From positions 1 through 14,091 of the forward strand of contig JANLWX010000079.1 in NCBI GenBank assembly GCA_031364845.1: a stretch of DNA of 14,091 nt. Reading direction: 5' to 3'. The notes beneath the pieces are model-generated. The model ran no database searches, was not told where the DNA came from, and saw nothing but the letters and a program-made list of their open reading frames with translations. Within the stretch, counting starts at the first letter, position 1. Each line of letters opens with the position of its first letter. The DNA is from Candidatus Eiseniibacteriota bacterium (GTDB lineage: Bacteria; Eisenbacteria; RBG-16-71-46). The translations under genes and the position numbers were made by a program. This document shows, one piece after another, positions 7,853 to 14,091 of this stretch.

Positions 7853-8986
7853 TCAGGCGGCGAGCAGGCGCTGGACGAACCAGTACGTGCCGGCGGCGAT
7901 GATCACAACCGACATCGCGGTGACGATGCGCCGAGCCACCTGCGGATCGCGCTTCTGCACCCATGCGAGCAGTGGCGCCACCGCGAGCACGATGCACGCC
8001 TGGCCGACTTCAACGCCGACGTTGAACGAGCCGAGTGCCCAGCCGAGCGCGCTCGAGGGCAATCCGAACTCGCGCAGCACGCCGGCGAAGCCGAAACCGT
8101 GGACCAATCCGAAGCCGAATGCGATGCGCGCGCGCGCGTCGCGCTGGCGTTTGAGCGCCCACAGGGTTTCGAAGCCGATGTAGATGATGCTGAGCGCGAT
8201 CGCCGGCTCGACCAGCCGCGGTGGCGGATTGACGATGCCGAGCGTGGCGAGCACGAGCGTGAGCGTGTGGGCGATGGTGAACGACGTGACGATCTTGAGC
8301 AGCCGCGGCAGCGAACCGCCGAGCAGCATGAGGCCGATCACGAACAGGATGTGATCGGGGCCGATGAAGATGTGATGCACGCCCTGGACGAGGAACGTGC
8401 CCGCGACCTTCAACGGACTCTGGCGCGCGCCGACCGTGTAGCGCGCGCTCTTGTGCTTGGCGTCGATCAGGTCCTGATGCATGAGCGTGTCGCCGACGAA
8501 CACGTTCACGTACGTTTCGTGCGGGGGATCGTAAGGAAACAGGGGACCGGAGATCTCGATGGTCGCGGGATCGCGCTCGGCGGCGCGCCAGTCGAAGGCG
8601 ACGGACTTGCGGGAGCGCACGATCTCGAAGCCGCTCCACTCGAGCTTGGGTGCGTGGCCGTCGAGGCGCAGATGGAACCGGTCGTCGACCAAGCGCTGCA
8701 GCACCGCCAGGTGCTGCTGCACGTAGGCACCCGCGAACAGCGAATCGGACGATGCGAAGCCGCCTTCGTGCGCGAGGTCGACGACGTGCGCGGTGACGCG
8801 TCCGCGCACCGCGCCCGAGTCGATGCGGACTTCGACGAAGCTGTAGGGCTCTTCGTGGGCGGTCGCGAGCGTGGGGATCAGCAGCGCGCTCGCGAGCATG
8901 AGTGCGAAGAGCGGGACGCTCGCGGCGCGCCGCCAGGTCGCGAGGTTCACGAACAACCGGCGGCGGTCAGGTGTAACGAATTTCAT
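7853..8986 (-). CDS. HupE/UreJ-family (HupE_UreJ_2) membrane protein with N-terminal extracytoplasmic domain, putative Ni/Co-type metal transport
   Basis: GVHHIFIGPDHILF, FTIAHTLTL, VEPAIALSI, FGLVHGFGFA, FNVGVEVGQ. Signal-like segment ending ATA|HEEP. Start codon uncertain. Confidence 0.9.
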   Translation of the reverse strand: MKFVTPDRRRLFVNLATWRRAASVPLFALMLASALLIPTLATAHEEPYSFVEVRIDSGAVRGRVTAHVVDLAHEGGFASSDSLFAGAYVQQHLAVLQRLVDDRFHLRLDGHAPKLEWSGFEIVRSRKSVAFDWRAAERDPATIEISGPLFPYDPPHETYVNVFVGDTLMHQDLIDAKHKSARYTVGARQSPLKVAGTFLVQGVHHIFIGPDHILFVIGLMLLGGSLPRLLKIVTSFTIAHTLTLVLATLGIVNPPPRLVEPAIALSIIYIGFETLWALKRQRDARARIAFGFGLVHGFGFAGVLREFGLPSSALGWALGSFNVGVEVGQACIVLAVAPLLAWVQKRDPQVARRIVTAMSVVIIAAGTYWFVQRLLAA

Positions 8987-9003
8987 GAGCGCGGCCGCTC
9001 AGC

Positions 9004-9849
9004 TCACGGGCGCTTAGCGGGACGCGCGAAGGTGAGCGAGGCCCAGAAGCTCTCCCAGTCGGAGGCGCGCGGGTCGCGTGAGGGCACCATGTGGACCGCA
9101 CTCACGAGCCATTCGCCGCCACGCGGCAGCACGAGCCGCACATGGCCCGCGGTGTCCGTGCGGCCTTCGACCACCGGACCGACGGAATCGCGCGTCGCGC
9201 CGTCGGCGGGCCGCATGCCGGTGGCGAGCGGCTGGTTCCATGCGCGCACCAGAGCACCCGAGAGCGGCTTACCGTGGTAGAGCAGGTCGAGATCGAGCGG
9301 GCCCGCCGCGGCGGGATCGGTCCGCGGAACGAGTTCCAGCGTGAGACCGGTGGGCGTCGTCGCGCGCTTCGAGTCCTTGCCCGCGATCCACGTCTTCGGA
9401 CAGCGCGCATAGCGCTCGCGTCCGGGTTCCTTCGTGAGCCCCGTCTTCGCGCGTTCCTTGCGCACGTGGTCGAGGCCTTCGAGCGCGAGGTAGCGTTCGA
9501 ACTCGGGCGCGCCGAGTTCAATCTCCACGAAGTTCGACTCATAGGCGATCATTGCTCCGCCGTCGTCGGCAGCGACCCAGCGCCCGAACACGTCGTCACC
9601 GTTCACGCTGGTCGCGCGCAGGTCCTGAACGCGCGCGGCACTCGCGACAAAGCGGACGGCACGGGGTGCGGCGTAGGGTTTGATCTCGCCGCGAAACCCG
9701 GTGCCGACGAAGATGGTCAGCTTCACGGTTTCGCCGGTGGCGGCGCGATAGGTCGAGGGCGCGAGCCAGAATTCGTGCGCGCGCGCAGGCACGGGCGCTG
9801 CCGCGATGACCACGGAGGCAAGCAGGGCGCGGGTGATCGAAGGCTTCAA
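9004..9849 (-). CDS. DUF4198 (NikM-like) periplasmic protein (281 aa)
   Basis: AAAGGA RBS 6 nt before TTG 9849. Signal ending ARA|HEFWLAP. FERYLALEGL, ERYARCPK, GLTLELVP, YHGKPL, RTDTAG, GEWLVSAVHM, WESFWASLTF motifs. Confidence 0.88.
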   Translation of the reverse strand: MKPSITRALLASVVIAAAPVPARAHEFWLAPSTYRAATGETVKLTIFVGTGFRGEIKPYAAPRAVRFVASAARVQDLRATSVNGDDVFGRWVAADDGGAMIAYESNFVEIELGAPEFERYLALEGLDHVRKERAKTGLTKEPGRERYARCPKTWIAGKDSKRATTPTGLTLELVPRTDPAAAGPLDLDLLYHGKPLSGALVRAWNQPLATGMRPADGATRDSVGPVVEGRTDTAGHVRLVLPRGGEWLVSAVHMVPSRDPRASDWESFWASLTFARPAKRP

Positions 9850-9899
9850 GGGGGTTCCTTTCGCAGTTACGGCGAAGAGTGTCTTCACTTCACCACAGA

Positions 9900-10766
9900 T
9901 TACGCGTATGTCCCGGGTTTGGATGTCTCGACGTTGTCCGGTGTTCGGCGCGCGAGGAGTTGCGCGGTCCATGGTCCCGCCGGAGGCGACGGCTCATCGT
10001 AGCGAAGCACTTCCAGCGTCGGAAACGCCGCGCGGAGCTCGCCCGGCTGCAGCAGGAACCGCGCGCGCGAAGGGCGGCCGAATTGCTCCTGGCCTGCGCG
10101 GAACGTCTCGTACACCAGATGTCCGCCGGGGCGCAGTGCCCGCGCGAGCCGCGGCAGCAGCGGGCGATGCAGGTAGCGGACGCACACGATCAGATCCCAC
10201 GCGGCTTCGGGCAGCGGCACTTCGGGTTGCTCGAGGTCGCAGATGAGCGTCGAGATTCGAACTCCCGAGCGCGCGGCGAGCGCAGTCGCGCGCACCAGCG
10301 CCTCGGCGTCGTAGTCCCACGCTTCGACGTCAAACCCCATCGTGGCGAGGTACACCGCATCGCGCCCGGCGCCGGCGGCGAGGTCGCACGCGCGTCCGGA
10401 GTGCGGAATCTGCGGTAGCACTTCGGCGAGGAAGGGATTAGGACGCCACAGCCGTTGCGCGGGGCCTGTGTCCCATCCGCACTCGCGAGTCGACAGCGCC
10501 GCCACGTCGCCGTCGAACCAGCGAACGTCCTTGTAGCCGCGCTCGGTCAGCGCGGCCGCGGCGTCGGCCGCAGCGGCCGGATGTGCGGCGACAATAAGCA
10601 CGGCGGCATCGCGCGGCGGCAGCTCGGAGCGGCGCTCGTCAAAATCGGCGCGCTCGAGGTTGCCGCTACCGGGCAGGTGCCCGCGCGCGAACAGCGTGGG
10701 GGTGCGCACATCGAGCACGATCGCGTCACGGGCGCGGGCGCAGGCGGCATCGGCATCGAGCTTCAA
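9900..10766 (-). CDS. Rhodanese-like domain fused to a TehB-like class I SAM-dependent methyltransferase (288 aa)
   Basis: TTG at 10766 overlaps the upstream TGA (TTGA coupling). Rhodanese motifs VLDVR, GHLPGS, GYKDVRWFDGD. Methyltransferase motifs PNPFL, DLAAGAGRDAVYLA, WDLIVCVRYLHR, LRPGGHLVYETF, FLLQPGEL. Confidence 0.85.
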   Translation of the reverse strand: MKLDADAACARARDAIVLDVRTPTLFARGHLPGSGNLERADFDERRSELPPRDAAVLIVAAHPAAAADAAAALTERGYKDVRWFDGDVAALSTRECGWDTGPAQRLWRPNPFLAEVLPQIPHSGRACDLAAGAGRDAVYLATMGFDVEAWDYDAEALVRATALAARSGVRISTLICDLEQPEVPLPEAAWDLIVCVRYLHRPLLPRLARALRPGGHLVYETFRAGQEQFGRPSRARFLLQPGELRAAFPTLEVLRYDEPSPPAGPWTAQLLARRTPDNVETSKPGTYA

Positions 10767-11848
10767 GCGATGATCGGAAGCTCGCAGCAGTCGCCGGCCG
10801 GGATCGGCTTGCCGTGCGGGCACTGGCGCGGATGGCCGAGGAACGAGCAGATGCTGTTCGTGACCGCGGCGTCGATGATGTGCTCCATGCGGCACGCGGC
10901 GAGTTCCACGTCGGGACCGCGGATGTGCATCGCGGAGGAAAACAGCACTTCGGCGAGCCGGCGGCGGCGCACGAGATCGCGCGCGAGGCTGCGGCCGCGC
11001 GGGGTGAAGTCGAGCGCTTCTGCGCTCTGCACCACGAGGCCGCTTTCGGTCATGCCCCGCAGCGTGCGGCGGTTGTCGACGACGTCCGGAATCTTGACGC
11101 GCGTGGCGTCGGGACGGCGTCCGTCTTCGGCCACGGTCCACATCTGCACCAGCACTTCGTCGTAGCGTCGCTCGAGTTCCTCGCTCGGCACCGTGAGGTC
11201 GGCGAGGCGGCCGTGGTTCAGTTCGACGCGGCGGTCCGCGAGATTTCCGATCTTGGGTGCGTGCGTGACGGTGACGAGCGTGTGGCCTTCGGCATGCAGT
11301 TCCTGAAGCAACGCCAGCACCTTGTCTTCGTTCTCGGCGTCGAGATTCCCGGTCGGCTCATCGGCGAGGATCAATGCAGGCTGGTTGATGAGCGCGCGCG
11401 CGACGCACACGCGCTGCTGCTCGCCGCCCGAGAGCTGCGGCGGAAAGTGCGTGGCGCGTTCCGAGAGTCCGACGCGATCGAGCGCCGCCGAGGCCTCGCC
11501 GGAGTCGGCGACCGAGTGGTAGTGCTGGGCGACCATCACGTTCTCGAGTGCGGTGAGGTAGGGGAACAGATGGAATTGCTGGAAGATGATCCCGACCTTC
11601 TCGCGGCGGTAGCGCACGCGGTCGCTCTCGCTGAGTCCGGTGATCTCCACCCCATCGACGACGATCCGTCCCGCCGAAGGGCGGTCGAGTGCGCCGAGCA
11701 GATTCACGAGCGTGCTCTTGCCGGAGCCCGACGGTCCCATGATGGCGAGCCACTCGCCGCGGCGGATCTCGAGATCGACCTGATCGAGTGCGCGCAGCGT
11801 CGCGAAGTGGCGCGAGACGCCTTCGAGTCGGACGAGTTTGTCGGACAC
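10763..11848 (-). CDS. LolD/MacB-type ABC ATP-binding protein fused to a C-terminal DtxR/MntR-like module (361 aa)
   Basis: GTG 11848 with GGGAG upstream. Walker [10 protein letters not shown]-loop FQQFHL, signature LSGGEQQR, Walker [14 protein letters not shown]-loop VTH. Then, in frame, [22 protein letters not shown]...ACRMEH...[14 protein letters not shown], the DtxR metal-binding/dimerisation signature. Confidence 0.92.
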   Translation of the reverse strand: MSDKLVRLEGVSRHFATLRALDQVDLEIRRGEWLAIMGPSGSGKSTLVNLLGALDRPSAGRIVVDGVEITGLSESDRVRYRREKVGIIFQQFHLFPYLTALENVMVAQHYHSVADSGEASAALDRVGLSERATHFPPQLSGGEQQRVCVARALINQPALILADEPTGNLDAENEDKVLALLQELHAEGHTLVTVTHAPKIGNLADRRVELNHGRLADLTVPSEELERRYDEVLVQMWTVAEDGRRPDATRVKIPDVVDNRRTLRGMTESGLVVQSAEALDFTPRGRSLARDLVRRRRLAEVLFSSAMHIRGPDVELAACRMEHIIDAAVTNSICSFLGHPRQCPHGKPIPAGDCCELPIIA

Positions 11849-11853
11849 GGCGT

Positions 11854-13002
11854 CTAGTCTCCCTTCAGCGCGAGCGCGGGCTCTACGCCCAGCGCGAGTC
11901 TCACCGGACCGAGGCTCGCGAGTCCCGCGACCAGCAGCGACAGTCCGAGCACCGCGAACGGCACGTCCCAGCGCAGCGCGATCGCCGAGTGAAACACTTC
12001 GCGTCCGATCACCTGCGCCATGCCCAATCCGAGCAGCCAGCCGCCGAGTCCGCCGATGAGTCCGATCGTCACCGACTCGACCGCGAACTGGCGCACGATC
12101 TCGCGCCGCGTGGCGCCGAGCGCTTTCATGAGCGCGATCTCGCGGCGGCGCTCGAGCGCCAGGTCGGTCAGTGTGCCATAGGCACACAGCCCGGCCGCCA
12201 CCAGTGCCGCGATCGTGACCAGCGACATCAGGCGCCGCATGCGGTCGAGCAGCCGGCCTTCGGTCGCGGTCAGCGCCTTGAGCGGGATCACGCGAAGCGC
12301 GCTTCCGTCCTCGACCACGCGCGCGATCACGGCGGCCTCGGCGACGTCGCCGTCCATGCGGGCCTGGATCACGCTGGCTTTGCCTTCGAGTCCGCTGAGA
12401 GCCTGTGCGACTTCGAGCGGAATCCACCACGCTTCGTCGTCGGGTCCGCCGGCTTCGAGCGTGGGACCGGCGACGATGTCGATCGAACGCGCGCCGTCGA
12501 GGCTCGAAAGCCGCACCGCCTGGCCGGACGTCACGTTCAAGCGGCGCGCGAGGCGCACGCCGATCCACGACGGATGCTCGCCGGCGGCGATCGTCCACGA
12601 GGGATGCAGCCGCCGTGCGGCCGCGAGGTCGGCGCCGATCACCTGGAACGCGACGCGCCCGGTGCGCGCGGCGACATAGAGGAGCGGCACGCCCTGAACG
12701 CCGGCGGCGCGCAGACGCTCCTGCGCGGAGCGCGCGTCGAGGAATACTCCGGAGGCGGCGCCGGTGGTGCCGATCGGTCCTTCGATGCCGCCGGATGCGC
12801 CGGGCACCACGAGCAGGTTGGGCCCGAGCGAACGCAGCTCGCGCGTGAGCTTGCGCGAAACATCGCCGGACACGTGCAGCAACGCCGAGGCGACCGAGGC
12901 GCCGATCATCACCGCGATCACCGCGAGCCCGGCGGTGCCGCGCTTCTTCCACAGCGCGCCGCGCAGCAGGCGCAGGTCCATGCGCAACGACGCATCAGCC
13001 AC
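11854..13002 (-). CDS. ABC transporter permease, FtsX/MacB family
   Basis: N-terminal TM followed by LTRELRSLGPNLLVVP, a periplasmic domain, then ERRREIALMKALGA and three C-terminal TMs ending VEPALALKGD. GTG start overlaps the upstream gene end. Confidence 0.92.
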   Translation of the reverse strand: MADASLRMDLRLLRGALWKKRGTAGLAVIAVMIGASVASALLHVSGDVSRKLTRELRSLGPNLLVVPGASGGIEGPIGTTGAASGVFLDARSAQERLRAAGVQGVPLLYVAARTGRVAFQVIGADLAAARRLHPSWTIAAGEHPSWIGVRLARRLNVTSGQAVRLSSLDGARSIDIVAGPTLEAGGPDDEAWWIPLEVAQALSGLEGKASVIQARMDGDVAEAAVIARVVEDGSALRVIPLKALTATEGRLLDRMRRLMSLVTIAALVAAGLCAYGTLTDLALERRREIALMKALGATRREIVRQFAVESVTIGLIGGLGGWLLGLGMAQVIGREVFHSAIALRWDVPFAVLGLSLLVAGLASLGPVRLALGVEPALALKGD

Positions 13003-14091
13003 GGAGCACCTGCGCGGGATCGAGTCGCAGCGCCATGCGTAAAGGTCCGAGCGTTCCGAGTACGGCGACCATGAACGCGAGCACGAGGGCGAGCGGCAGC
13101 AGCAGCGGCGACAGGGCCGAGCCGGTGCCGAACGTGTCGCCGCGAATCGCCGCAGCGCCCGCGAGGCCTAGGCCCCAGCCAAGGAATCCGCCTAGCAGCG
13201 AGACGAGCAGCGTTTCGCCGAGCAGCAGTGCCGCGATCTGCGGCGACGTAGCGCCGAGTGCCCGCAGCAGCCCGAGCTCGGTGCTGCGCTCGACGACGGT
13301 CGCGGTGCTGGTCGACAGCAGGCCGAGCACCGAGGCGACGATCGCCGCGAACGCGAGCAGCACCATCAGGAGATTGAGCCGCCCGACCACCGCGCCCTCG
13401 CCGGCGACGAGTTCGGTCATCGGCAGCACTTCGGACTGGGCGATGCTGTTCTCGAGTGCTTCCGCGACCACGTCGGGATAGGCGGTGCACATGTGGCGCT
13501 CGTAGCCGACCGGATCGCTCGCCGCATCGGGCGCCGGCTTGCGGCTCGGCGGGCGCACCAATGCCGACAGCCACACGCGATCGATGGTTCCGGCACCGCC
13601 AGCCAGCGCTTCGACCTGCTCGAGCGAAGTCCATGCGCGCTCTTCTTCGCGCGCGTCCGCATGCACGATGCCGGTGACGAGCAGCGGCGAGCGCCGGTCA
13701 CCGTGCGCGACCGCGACGCGGTCGCCGACGTGTACGCCGCGGCGTTCGGCCCACGCGAGCCCGATCGCGACTTCGGCGGCGCTCTCCTTGGGCCAGCGTC
13801 CGGTCACGCTCCACTGCGGATGCAGGCGGGAGAGGCCGGTGCTCCAGGTACCGTCTTCGACGGAAATCGTGCGATCGAACCACGTGCCCGAGAGCGTCAC
13901 CGGCGCGCCGTCGATCGTCGCCGACAGCAGGCGCTCGGGCGTGGCCTCGAGCACGTTGTTCTTCCAGAACGTGGACTTGAGTTTCGCGACGGCGGTCGTG
14001 GCGAGTGCGAGTCCCGCGCGCGGGGGTTCGAACTCGGCGCCGCCGAGGGCGAGCGGCCCGCGCGCGCCGGCCGGCCACAAGACGAAGGTGG
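12995..14091 (-). CDS. ABC transporter permease, FtsX/MacB family, resembling Fet/P19-cluster permeases; 5'-truncated by the window edge
   Basis: Frame is open to the edge (..TFVLWPAG). ERSTELGLLRALGA and LDPAQVLRG motifs. KSTFWKNN and YERHMCTAY resemble the FWRNN and WYCTAY motifs I recall for iron-cluster permeases. Confidence 0.9.
   Translation of the reverse strand, partial: TFVLWPAGARGPLALGGAEFEPPRAGLALATTAVAKLKSTFWKNNVLEATPERLLSATIDGAPVTLSGTWFDRTISVEDGTWSTGLSRLHPQWSVTGRWPKESAAEVAIGLAWAERRGVHVGDRVAVAHGDRRSPLLVTGIVHADAREEERAWTSLEQVEALAGGAGTIDRVWLSALVRPPSRKPAPDAASDPVGYERHMCTAYPDVVAEALENSIAQSEVLPMTELVAGEGAVVGRLNLLMVLLAFAAIVASVLGLLSTSTATVVERSTELGLLRALGATSPQIAALLLGETLLVSLLGGFLGWGLGLAGAAAIRGDTFGTGSALSPLLLPLALVLAFMVAVLGTLGPLRMALRLDPAQVLRG

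Noticed and set aside
8940..8986. DRRRLF as a Tat signal in the HupE/UreJ protein
   Set aside because: Imperfect match to S/T-R-R-x-F-L-K, far from the hydrophobic stretch, and the start codon is uncertain.
10767..11141. N-terminal extension of the rhodanese/methyltransferase ORF
   Set aside because: Off-frame read of the DtxR module. The coupled TTG at 10766 fits the domain start.
11849..12952. Apparent 368-aa N-terminal extension of the ATPase (729-aa ORF)
   Set aside because: Arg-rich off-frame read of the permease gene. The true start is GTG 11848 with an RBS.
8099..13074. Several long + strand ORFs (8099..9280, 9091..10002, 10814..11857, 11788..13074)
   Set aside because: Antisense mirrors of well-supported - strand genes.
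1..14091. DtxR-box-like operator (TTAGGTTAGCCTAACCTAA-type), CRISPR array, tRNA or IS
   Set aside because: None seen in the intergenic regions. The operon promoter lies outside the window, and the 6013-6114 repeats have only two full units in inverted orientation, so they are not a CRISPR array.

Overview
GC-rich bacterial window with 11 credible CDS and no rRNA, tRNA, CRISPR or transposase. The + strand carries a 5'-truncated multidomain GH13 alpha-amylase-like gene (Ig-like, beta-propeller and C-terminal FlgD-Ig domains) and a small exported hypothetical. Its first 107 nt are a perfect inverted copy of 172-278, probably a fold-back artefact. The - strand carries a co-directional run entering from the right edge: two MacB/FtsX-type ABC permeases resembling Fet/P19 iron-uptake clusters, an ABC ATPase fused in frame to a DtxR/MntR-like metal-sensing module, a rhodanese-like/TehB-like methyltransferase fusion, a DUF4198 protein, a HupE/UreJ protein, an ArnT-like glycosyltransferase, an AsnB-type amidotransferase and a TIMP-like secreted protein. 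The best candidate for an undescribed system is the ATPase::DtxR fusion with a degenerate DNA-binding region inside a metal-handling operon. All family calls come from motif recognition by eye; no searches were run.
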